Assembly (NCBI GenBank): GCA_036501385.1
Contig: DASYAK010000009.1
Coordinates: forward strand, 37,739 to 101,738
Direction of reading: 5' to 3'
Source: Gemmatimonadales bacterium
GTDB taxonomy: Bacteria > Gemmatimonadota > Gemmatimonadetes > Gemmatimonadales > GWC2-71-9
Length of the DNA: 64,000 nt
Shown here: positions 54,872 through 63,144 of the stretch, in pieces
Numbering within the stretch: position 1 is the stretch's first letter
How the letters are laid out: the number at the start of each line of letters is the position of its first letter
Notes under the pieces: model-generated
Database searches by the model: none
Seen by the model: only the letters and a program-made list of their open reading frames with translations
What the model was told of the DNA's origin: nothing
Position numbers and translations under genes: made by a program

Positions 54872-55282
54872 CTATTCCGGCGCCACGGCCTCCGGATCGG
54901 CAATCTCGATGGTCAGCGTCAGCGCCCGACGGCAGCTGTCGCACATGCGTTCGCGAGGATCCGTCGAGCGATAGCCAAGACCACCACCGACCCGGTTGCG
55001 CTCACCGCACTTGGGGCAGGCGATTCGCAGCGGCTTGAGCCGGCCCACCATCGATAATTGCCGGATGGCGGCCACAACACCGATGATCAGCGCCAGCGGA
55101 ATGCCCAGGAGATGAATGATCGGAATGGGGATCAGCGATGCAGCCACGCCGAGCCCCACCAGCATCACGACACCCGCGCGGCGGATCCGGTGCCCGACAC
55201 TGAATTCCTGGAAGATTCCCTTGGCGCGGACCGGATCGACGCCAGGTGCGCTGAGGGTCACCACGACGTTGCGGTCAGGCAT
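54872..55282 (-). CDS. Membrane protein with a C-terminal zinc ribbon, unknown function
   Basis: The ATG at 55282 gives MPDRNVV.... It has two TM helices, then CPKCG...CDSC. It overlaps the ctaG-like stop by 8 nt. Confidence 0.65.
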   Translation of the reverse strand: MPDRNVVVTLSAPGVDPVRAKGIFQEFSVGHRIRRAGVVMLVGLGVAASLIPIPIIHLLGIPLALIIGVVAAIRQLSMVGRLKPLRIACPKCGERNRVGGGLGYRSTDPRERMCDSCRRALTLTIEIADPEAVAPE

Positions 55283-56069
55283 CCACCAGTTCTCCTTGCG
55301 CGGATGTCCCCCGGAAAAAGACCACGATCGCCGCCGCCCAAAGTGGCAGGTCACCGATGAGCTTCATGCAGAGCCCCGCCAGCTTGATGTCGTCGTTGGC
55401 GCTGAAATGCGCGGCGACGCGTGGCGCCAGTTCATACAGGCGGTAGAGCGGCCAGTCGGAAAAGACCATCATCATCGCCGGTATCGTGGGTCCGATCGTG
55501 GCACCGAAGAGGAAAGCTATCTTGCCGAACACACCCAGACTGATGAACTCCGGTGGCGCGAGGATCGGCCACCAGAGCGAAAGTCCGGCGATGAGCCAGG
55601 CGAGATCGAGACCGAACGACCCGAGTTGCGTGCGCATCGCGGTGTCAACGATTCCCGGGAAGTGGGACGAGAGGACGAAGACGTTGTAGCACAGCAAGCC
55701 GGGAAGCGCTCGACCCATGAACCGAAGCGCCCGCCAGGTCCGCGATCCTGGCGGCGCGAGGCGAAGCCATCCTTCGCGGGGAACGCTCCTGATCAAGAGC
55801 GGAGCAACGGCGAGGGTCATCAGCAGGAATTGCCCGGTGTGCACGCTCGCGAGATATCCGGCACCGAGCTTGCCGATCGGCCAATCGAGCGTGGCGAGCA
55901 GGGTGAGCCACGCCGGCACGAACCACCGCCACGGACGAAACGGCCACCGGTGCGCTCGGCCGAGCGCCCACCATCCCGCCGCGACGGCGATCAGCATCAA
56001 GTCCACGCCTGGATACCATTGCCAGGTCCAGCTCCACGGCATGTCAGTGGCCGAGCACCACCATTGCAT
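55275..56069 (-). CDS. ctaG: Cytochrome c oxidase assembly factor CtaG (caa3-type, membrane)
   Basis: 264 aa, multi-TM and Trp-rich. It resembles the Bacillus-type Caa3_CtaG family (ASVHTGQFLLMTLAVAPLL). Confidence 0.75.
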   Translation of the reverse strand: MQWWCSATDMPWSWTWQWYPGVDLMLIAVAAGWWALGRAHRWPFRPWRWFVPAWLTLLATLDWPIGKLGAGYLASVHTGQFLLMTLAVAPLLIRSVPREGWLRLAPPGSRTWRALRFMGRALPGLLCYNVFVLSSHFPGIVDTAMRTQLGSFGLDLAWLIAGLSLWWPILAPPEFISLGVFGKIAFLFGATIGPTIPAMMMVFSDWPLYRLYELAPRVAAHFSANDDIKLAGLCMKLIGDLPLWAAAIVVFFRGTSAQGELVDA

Positions 56070-56114
56070 CAGGCGGTCGCGGAAGAGCCGCCGGCGCCCC
56101 TCCGTCCTCCCTGA

Positions 56115-56723
56115 CTACTTGCCATAGTTCACCAGCAACGGCAGGTCGTGCGCCCAATCGCGCTCCCTCGTGCCGAACGGATACTCCACCCGTCCGAGGC
56201 CGTCACGGGTATAGGCAATCACCGCCGTGGAATGCCCGACCGGATACTTGCCCTTGGCGTCGGGCGTCCCTGGTTCGGCCAGCGGCAGCCGGACCATTCG
56301 CTGCGCTGCTTCAATCACGGAATCCGCCGCTGTAAGCCCGACGAACTGGGGGTCGAAGCCGTGGACCCACGCATCGAGGACCGGCAGCGAATCGCGCCGG
56401 GGGTCTGTAGTAATGAATACTACAGTTACCTGGCGCTGAATCTCGTCGGGCATCTTGTCGAGGACGGCGGCGAGATTATTGAGATGAACGGGACAGACAT
56501 CGGGACAGCTGGTGTAGCCGAACATCAGGAGGGTGACGCGGCCGGCGGTCGCCGAGTCGAAGTCGAACGCTCGGCCGCGGGAATCGGTGAACCGGAAATC
56601 AGGCTTCGGTACCGGAACAGCGAGTTCCGTTCCGGCGAATCCGTGCGGTGACCGCGGCGGATCCCCGCCGCCGCCGCACGCAAGCATCAGTGCGGTGGCG
56701 AGCGGGACCGCGTGCCGGATCAC
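56115..56723 (-). CDS. SCO1/SenC copper chaperone (thioredoxin fold)
   Basis: It has a lipobox (MLACGG), a CPDVCP (CxxxC) motif and a downstream His. Confidence 0.88.
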   Translation of the reverse strand: MIRHAVPLATALMLACGGGGDPPRSPHGFAGTELAVPVPKPDFRFTDSRGRAFDFDSATAGRVTLLMFGYTSCPDVCPVHLNNLAAVLDKMPDEIQRQVTVVFITTDPRRDSLPVLDAWVHGFDPQFVGLTAADSVIEAAQRMVRLPLAEPGTPDAKGKYPVGHSTAVIAYTRDGLGRVEYPFGTRERDWAHDLPLLVNYGK

Positions 56724-57067
56724 TGTCCCGCGGCGACGGCGAACCCGAAGACGTTGCGCGCTACGTGCCCGTCGTCAGCAGCCGTCTTCCACCGCACCAC
56801 GTATTCCCCCGGCGCCAGATGCTTGATTACCGCACCCTCGACCGTCGCCGGATCGCTGGTTCCCTTGACGACCAGCTTCTCGACCAATGCCGAATCGCTG
56901 GTGAGCACCGAAATCGACGACTGCGCCAGGATCACCTTCTCGGTAAATGTGAGCGAGATCCTGGTGGGAGCATGGACCACCGACCCCTTGGCGGGAATGG
57001 ACGACTTGAGGGCGGTATGGAAGAACGCTCCGGCAGCCAGCGCCAGGGTGAGGAGGGAATTCACCAC
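56720..57067 (-). CDS. CopC-domain periplasmic copper-binding protein
   Basis: The GTG at 57067/57064 follows GGAG. A signal peptide is followed by mature N-terminal His (FF-HTALKSSIPAKGS). The WKTAADDGH motif is typical of CopC/YobA. Confidence 0.8.
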   Translation of the reverse strand: MVNSLLTLALAAGAFFHTALKSSIPAKGSVVHAPTRISLTFTEKVILAQSSISVLTSDSALVEKLVVKGTSDPATVEGAVIKHLAPGEYVVRWKTAADDGHVARNVFGFAVAAGQ

Positions 57068-57160
57068 AGCTCCACGGTTCGAGTCACCCGGTGTCGTTCT
57101 CGAGCGCGACGCAATGATCGGCACAGCGAGCCAGACGCCAGAATCGCAAGATAATGCAGT

Positions 57161-58794
57161 TCATCGCGACGTTCCCCGCGGCCCGGTCGAGAAGACGAAT
57201 CCTTTTCCAACTGCGACGACCCACCCTCCGGGCATGCCGGGGCGGGCCGCTCGCCACGCGAGATCGATCCGGTTGGATTCGAGGTCGGGTGCGCGCGAGG
57301 CACCGAGCCGAAGCCCGACGCCGTAATCCCAGCCGGTTCGCTGGGACTCGTCCGACCACCACGCGCCACCATAATCGGCGAACGCCGCCACGCCGACGCC
57401 GATCACCTTGAGCAGTTCGGGCGAGATCGTGTAGCGATACTCCGCTGTCGCGAAGAATTCCCGGTCGCCGGTGAACGAATGCTGAGTGAAGGCCCGCGGT
57501 CCGGCGCCGAGACCCAGGTCGAACTCGGTTCCGGGGAGCGGATCGCGGAGCGCGGCGATCTCACCGTGCGCCACGAATTCGTGCCGCGCCGATGGAAGAA
57601 GAGCCAACGTGCCACCCAGCGACACCTGCCCCGAATCGAGTCCGCGAGCCGTGTACAATCCGTCGGCAACGCCGTCGGCCCACGCAAGCCCGCCACCGAA
57701 GCGCGCCCCGACGTGAGCGGCGATCCCCGGAGCCAGTCCGCCTGCGTCGTACCCGAGAAACGAGGGCGCGGCGAAAAGCGACAACCGGATCACGGTACTC
57801 AAGTCGACGTCCTCGGCGCGGCCGAACGATTGAAAACCGCGAACCTTGGGGATGTTGACGTGCCGGGCCTCGAGGTAAACGCCGACGGCGCCAGTGACCG
57901 ACTTGGTAGTGATCCCCGACTGATCGTACACCTGCTCCGGCTCGTAGTCGTCGCGGCGGACCTGGGCCGCGAAGCCGATGCGCAGATAATCTCGTGACGT
58001 CGCATGCAACGCCCAGCCAGCGTCGGCGCGCACCAGCAGGTAGCGGTTCTGTGTCGTGTCGGAGGCAACCGCCTCGCCGTCGCGATACTGCAGAATCCGG
58101 TCACGTCGATCGTCCAGGAAGATCGAGGCCCCGTCCGGTGACGCATTCGCGAAATAGGGCAGGGCGAGTTCCGCCGAAAAGAGTTCGCCGTCGGAGCGAT
58201 TGGCGAACTGCGCGGCGCCCAGCACCTTGCCGGCGATGAGCCGGTTGCGATGGAATCCGAGAACCGTGGTGGTGCGGTCGGGGTCCTTCTGGTAGAGCAA
58301 TTCGGTGGAAGTGACCGTGCCGAGGAGATTGTCCTCGATCAGCGCAGCCGTGTAGGCAACCGATCCGCCGGTAGAATGAAAGCGGAAATCCGGCCGGGTG
58401 GTCCAACCGTCGCGGGTGACAACCTGCAGCGCGACGCCTGAATCCGAAGGGACGGAATCAATAGCGACGTCGCGAAAGACGCCGAGGGCTCGCAGGTTGC
58501 GCTCGGTCTCGGCGACCGCTGCCGAATCGTACCGTTCTCCCTGGTGGAACAGGAATTCCTGGCGGATGATCCCGGCGCGCGTGGTGTAGTGCAACGAATT
58601 GGCGAAGCGCGCCAGCCAGCTCGAATCGGTACGGTCGAAGATGCTGAATCGGTCGACCGAGATGGCAGTGATCCGCGGCAGCGAATCGCCCGTTGCCCTC
58701 TGGGCGCTCGCGCGGCCGATTGCAACAAGGAGGAGGAGCCAGGTAAATCGCAGACGGAGAGGCGGACCAGCGTCGAGGGTGTTCCTGGAGATCA
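57161..58794 (-). CDS. BamA/TamA-family (Omp85, surface antigen D15) outer-membrane protein
   Basis: It has POTRA-like N-terminal segments and a C-terminal beta-barrel ending ...GWVVAVGKGFVF. The 5' boundary is approximate. There is no ATG/GTG/TTG between the upstream gene stop (58792) and the signal peptide RFTWLLLLVAIGRASA, so a CTG near 58752 or an overlapping upstream ATG (58873) is needed. Confidence 0.75.
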
Positions 58795-59055
58795 GCTCAG
58801 ACTCTCCAGCAATCTCCACAGTTCGAGCGGCGAGAATTCCGCGAACCTGGCCTTGACGTCGGGAACGGTCCATTCGCGAAAGATCCATGCGGACGAACGC
58901 CGCACTTCTCCGGCCACGAAGTGAACCCGGCCCGCAGTGACTGGACCGTCCTGACGGGTCTCGAGATGGACCGACCACGTCGTGCCCCCACGGGCGAGGT
59001 CGCCCATGTGGTCGGCGCTGGAGAGGTCGATGGTATCTGGTGACGGAGTGGTCAT
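58792..59055 (-). CDS. Hypothetical 87-aa protein
   Basis: The ATG at 59055 lies inside ORF 58792..59481. Composition is balanced and third-position GC is high, unlike the Arg-rich upstream extension. Confidence 0.5.
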   Translation of the reverse strand: MTTPSPDTIDLSSADHMGDLARGGTTWSVHLETRQDGPVTAGRVHFVAGEVRRSSAWIFREWTVPDVKARFAEFSPLELWRLLESLS

Positions 59056-59165
59056 CAGTCTGCCCAAGAGGTTTCTCAAGGGTAGCCGAAGCTCGCGGCC
59101 CGCGCCAGCAGGACCACTATATTGGGCGGCGTCCGTCGCACGGGCGGACCCGATCTGGAGTGCAG

Positions 59166-59999
59166 GTGACATCGACCCCGACGACATGTTCCCGCTGCGG
59201 CAGTGCGGCGAGCGGCAATTTCTGCGCGGCCTGTGGCGCGCCGCTGGGTTCGCCCGCGTGTTCCGCTTGCGGTACGACCCTTTCGCCCAACGCCGGTTTC
59301 TGTCACAAGTGCGGCGCGCCGGCTGGAAGCGCGGGTCGCGCCGACCGCGGCGCTTCGTGGCCAGGGGGAGGAGCGCGCGGCGGGCTCGCAGGCCGGGATC
59401 GCGCCCCGTGGTTGATCGCGGCTGTCCTTGTCGCGATCGTGATCGTCGGCGTCGTGCTCGCGGCCACGCGTCGCGGCGCACCGGTGGTGCCGACGATGGC
59501 CAATGCAGGCAACGCAGTGCAGGGGGTGGCCGACGACCCGTCGACGGCCGCCGCGGGCCGCGCGCCCGACATCTCGAATCTCACCCCGAAAGAGCAGTAC
59601 GTCCGTCTGGTTGCGCGCATCTCGCAGGCGATGGACAAGGGCGACACCGCGACGGTGATCACCTTCACTCCGATGGCGCTGGGAGCCTACGCCAACCTTC
59701 CGCCGGCCGACCGCGACATCGACGCCCGATTCCATGCCGCGATCCTCCAGGCGGAGGTCGGGATGTTCGACAACGCCCGGGCGCTCGCCGACACGATCAT
59801 GCAGCTCGCGCCTGACAACCTCTTTGGCTATTACATCCGCGCGACCGTTGCCGGATTCGCCGGCGATTCTGCCACCGCGAAGACGGCCCGGGCCGGGTTT
59901 CGCGGCCAGTACGACGCCGAAATCAAGAAACAGCGCCCCGAATACACCGAACATCAGGCGCTGCTCCAGCAATACCGCCAGGGTGACGGAGCGCATTGA
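59166..59999 (+). CDS. Double zinc-ribbon, single-TM protein with a helical-repeat C-domain
   Basis: The GTG at 59166 follows GGAG. The N-terminus is CSRCG...CAACG...CSACG...CHKCG, followed by a TM helix (WLIAAVLVAIVIVGVVLA) and then a TPR-like helical region. Confidence 0.7.
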   Translation: MTSTPTTCSRCGSAASGNFCAACGAPLGSPACSACGTTLSPNAGFCHKCGAPAGSAGRADRGASWPGGGARGGLAGRDRAPWLIAAVLVAIVIVGVVLAATRRGAPVVPTMANAGNAVQGVADDPSTAAAGRAPDISNLTPKEQYVRLVARISQAMDKGDTATVITFTPMALGAYANLPPADRDIDARFHAAILQAEVGMFDNARALADTIMQLAPDNLFGYYIRATVAGFAGDSATAKTARAGFRGQYDAEIKKQRPEYTEHQALLQQYRQGDGAH

Positions 60000-60844
60000 T
60001 GCCGCGTACCATTCGCGTAGCCCACAGCCCCGACTCCGACGACGCGTTCATGTTCTACGCACTCGCCGCCGGAAAGATCGACACCGGCGACCTTCGCTAC
60101 GAGCATGAACTCGCCGACATTGAGTCGCTCAATCAGCGGGCGCGACGCAAGGAACTTGATGTGTCGGCGGTTTCGATTCACGCCTACGCCTATCTCGCTG
60201 GCGACTACGCGCTGCTCAACAGCGGCTCGTCGATGGGAGACGGTTACGGACCCCGCATCGTGGGGCTGAGCGCACTGGCCGGCGACGCACGCGGTCAGGT
60301 GAAGGGCCGGCGGATCGCAGTCCCCGGGCTGCTCACCACGGCGTATCTCGCGCTGCGGTTGTATCAACCCGACTTCGAGGCCGTCGTGGTTCCGTTCGAC
60401 GAGATCGAGGGCGCCGTGCATCGGGGCGATGTTGATCTTGGCCTGCTGATCCACGAGGGGCAACTCACCTACGCCGACGACGGACTCCATCTCTGGGCCG
60501 ATCTTGGCGAGTGGTGGCTTCGCGACACCGGCTTCCCTCTCCCGCTTGGCGGCAATGCCGTTCGGCGCGATCTCGGTCCGATCGTCATCGGTCAGGTGGC
60601 GCGTGATCTGCGCGCCAGCATTGTCTACGGCCTGGAGCATCGGCAGCGCGCGCTCGACCACGCCCGCCAGTTCAATCGCGGCATTTCCGACGAGCGGACC
60701 GACACATTTGTGGGGATGTATGTCAACCAGTGGACGGTCGACTACGGCGAACGTGGTCGCGCGGCCGTGCAGCTGCTCCTCGATCGCGCGGCCGAGGCCT
60801 CAGTCATTCCGGAACGGGTCGTAGTCGACTTCGCGGGCGACTAG
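59996..60844 (+). CDS. MqnA/MqnD-family protein (futalosine-pathway menaquinone biosynthesis; likely 1,4-dihydroxy-6-naphthoate synthase-like)
   Basis: The IRVAHSPDSDDAFMFYAL N-terminus and overall length match the PBP-fold family that includes MqnA and MqnD. The exact member cannot be assigned by eye. Confidence 0.75.
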   Translation: MMPRTIRVAHSPDSDDAFMFYALAAGKIDTGDLRYEHELADIESLNQRARRKELDVSAVSIHAYAYLAGDYALLNSGSSMGDGYGPRIVGLSALAGDARGQVKGRRIAVPGLLTTAYLALRLYQPDFEAVVVPFDEIEGAVHRGDVDLGLLIHEGQLTYADDGLHLWADLGEWWLRDTGFPLPLGGNAVRRDLGPIVIGQVARDLRASIVYGLEHRQRALDHARQFNRGISDERTDTFVGMYVNQWTVDYGERGRAAVQLLLDRAAEASVIPERVVVDFAGD

Positions 60845-60869
60845 CGCGGCGCGGCGGGGGAGCGCCGCG
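60845..60869 (+). terminator. GC hairpin immediately after the MqnA/D-family stop
   Basis: CGCGGCGC-GGCGGGGGA-GCGCCGCG forms an 8-bp stem. No clear U-tract follows. Confidence 0.4.
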
Positions 60870-61110
60870 ATTCCCTCGCGATTCGCCTTGCAGTCGCATC
60901 CTCCCATTCCGGGCCCTTCGCGCCGATACCCATAGATCGTTACCGGACGCCCGCCATGGCCCCGTCGCAGGGGCGATGGACCAACAGTGGTCCGCTCAAC
61001 GGCGGTAGGAACGCCTCTTGCTAGTTGACCGGGCCAGGGTTGGCGTGCGATGCCCGTGCCGGTCTCCTCTGCCGCTACCGCAGGGTCGCGACGCCGCTCT
61101 TCGGAGGAAT

Positions 61111-62205
61111 ATGTACACGCCATCAACATCGACCACACCAGGCGATGCGTCGCTGGTGACGACCCTTGTGGTCGACGACGAAGAGCCGGTGCGGGGCACG
61201 CTGCAGCGATTCCTCACCAGCATTGGTCACGAGGTCGTTGCGTCGGACACCGCCGCTGGCGCACTGGCCGAGGTGGCGCGGCGCAAGGTCTCCTGCATTC
61301 TCCTCGACGTACGCCTTCCCGATGGATCCGGGCTCGATCTTGTCCCGACGCTGATCGCGAAGGAACCGCACGTCGCCATCCTGATGCTGACCGCGGTCAA
61401 CGACGCCCACTCGGCGGCGCTCTGCATGCAACGCGGCGCGATGGACTACCTCGTCAAGCCGGTCGACCTCTCCGAACTCGAGCGTGCGATCGCCCGTGCC
61501 CTCGCTCGACGGCGCGACCTGATCGAGCAGGCGGAAACTCAGGCGTGGCTTCAGCGCGAGATCGTCCAGCGCGGTGCCGAACTCCGGCGCGAGCGCGGCA
61601 ATCTCGAGCGGATTTCGGTGGCGACACTCGAAGCGCTGGTGAATGCGCTTGAAGCCAAGGATCCGTATCTCCGCGGTCATTCGGCGCGCGTCGCCGATCT
61701 GTCGGCGATGATCGCGGCCGAACTTGGGCTCAACGACGAGCAGGTCGAAGTGGTGCGCACCGCCGGCCGGCTGCACGACATCGGCAAGATCGGGATCCGC
61801 GAATCGGTCCTTGGCAAGCGCGGTCCCCTCAGCGAAGAGGAGTTCGAGCACGTCCGGTCTCACGTCACGATCGGCGCGCAAATCCTGGCGCCGCTGACGC
61901 ATCTCCGAGACGTGATCGGCTACGTTCGCTCGCACCACGAGCGCGCCGACGGAACCGGATACCCCGACGGGCTGAGCGCGGATGCCATTCCGATCGGCGC
62001 CCGGATTCTCGGCGCGGCCGAGGTGTACGATGCTCTCACCACCGCGCGGCCGTATCAGGAGAAGATGTCGCCGGAAGAAGCCGTGGGACGGATGCGCGAC
62101 CTCACCGGGACCGTTATCGATGGTGACGTACACCGTGCACTCGCCGCCGTGGTGGCGCGCCGCAAGACGCTGGTCTTCCTCGACGAGCGAGAGACGCTGC
62201 AGTAG
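61111..62205 (+). CDS. Response regulator with an HD-GYP phosphodiesterase output domain
   Basis: The ATG at 61111 follows GGAGG. The receiver is LVVDDEEP...ILLDVRLPDGSG. The HD-GYP motifs are HDIGKIG and HHERADGTGYP. Confidence 0.9.
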   Translation: MYTPSTSTTPGDASLVTTLVVDDEEPVRGTLQRFLTSIGHEVVASDTAAGALAEVARRKVSCILLDVRLPDGSGLDLVPTLIAKEPHVAILMLTAVNDAHSAALCMQRGAMDYLVKPVDLSELERAIARALARRRDLIEQAETQAWLQREIVQRGAELRRERGNLERISVATLEALVNALEAKDPYLRGHSARVADLSAMIAAELGLNDEQVEVVRTAGRLHDIGKIGIRESVLGKRGPLSEEEFEHVRSHVTIGAQILAPLTHLRDVIGYVRSHHERADGTGYPDGLSADAIPIGARILGAAEVYDALTTARPYQEKMSPEEAVGRMRDLTGTVIDGDVHRALAAVVARRKTLVFLDERETLQ

Positions 62206-62275
62206 GCGTGAATTGCGCCCGCAATTGCGGTTTCCGGTCCCTCCGATCGCGCCTCCATCCGGCATCATTGCCGCC

Positions 62276-62701
62276 ATGCGATACGGAACGACCCTGATCG
62301 AACTCCTCCTCGCCGTCGTAATCCTGGCAATCATCGCCGGATTCGGCATCCCACGGCTGTCGGCGATCGGCGACGCCGCTACGGTCAACGGAGAAATTCA
62401 GCGTCTCGTTACCGCGCTCGATGCCGCGCGAGGTGCGGCGATCCGGCTCGACGGCGTGGCAATCCTCAGTGTATCGGACACGGCGTACGTCGTGCGCGTC
62501 GTGAGCGGAACGGATACCGTCGTCGCATGGCAGCAGTCGGGTGCGTCGCGCAACGGTTCGTCGCTGCGCGGCGCGGGGGCGCCGGTGCGATTCGGACCGT
62601 CGGGCGTTGCGGTGGGTGCGGCGAACCGCACGCTCATTGTGGCAAAGGGATCGGCACAGCGGACGGTGGTGGTTTCCCGGCTCGGTCGACTCTCCTACTA
62701 G
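62276..62701 (+). CDS. Prepilin-type N-terminal cleavage/methylation domain protein (GspH/FimT-like pseudopilin)
   Basis: MRYG-TTLIELLLAVVILAIIAGFG has Glu at +5. It is 141 aa. No other pilus or T2SS genes are present in the window. Confidence 0.8.
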   Translation: MRYGTTLIELLLAVVILAIIAGFGIPRLSAIGDAATVNGEIQRLVTALDAARGAAIRLDGVAILSVSDTAYVVRVVSGTDTVVAWQQSGASRNGSSLRGAGAPVRFGPSGVAVGAANRTLIVAKGSAQRTVVVSRLGRLSY

Positions 62702-63030
62702 CTGCCCGCCGTGAGATGATAGCGGCGGATCTTGGTCAGCAGCGTCGACCGCGCAATCCCGAGAAGCAACGCCGCCTGGCGCTTGTTGCCTTGCGTGAAA
62801 TGCAGCGTGGCGGCGATGTGGCGTGCCTCCGCCGAATCGAGGCGTTCGGGACTTGGCCGGGCCGCAGCATCAACAACGATGAAATCCGGTGCGGCCGCGA
62901 CTCCGGCCGGGAGATTGTCAACTTGCTCGTCGACCACGACGTGTCCGGCGGAACGGAGGGCATCACGCAGCGTGGCGACATCGTCGCGGGCCGGGTCGGC
63001 AACAAGGAGGAGAACGTGGAGCGGACGCAT
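62698..63030 (-). CDS. Small Fis-type (HTH_8) DNA-binding protein with a truncated receiver-like N-terminus
   Basis: The C-terminal GNKRQAALLLGIARSTLLTKIRRY is the Fis/NtrC-type HTH. The N-terminus, HVLLLVAD...DFIVVD, resembles beta1-beta3 of a receiver only. Confidence 0.7.
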   Translation of the reverse strand: MRPLHVLLLVADPARDDVATLRDALRSAGHVVVDEQVDNLPAGVAAAPDFIVVDAAARPSPERLDSAEARHIAATLHFTQGNKRQAALLLGIARSTLLTKIRRYHLTAGS

Positions 63031-63144
63031 CTCGGGAAACTACCGCCTGCCGGCCGCTATCGTCAGGGATCTGCGGCGCATTCGCGGCGCGCCAGGGGGC
63101 CAGGTTGCTCCGGGTTACTTTGAGTGTGTCATGCCTCGATCACG

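Noticed and set aside
60800-61138. 112-aa minus-strand ORF in the 266-nt spacer upstream of the HD-GYP regulator
   Set aside because: It overlaps the 3' end of the MqnA/D-family gene and the regulator start. Its composition is Arg/Gly/Pro-rich and it has no RBS or motif.
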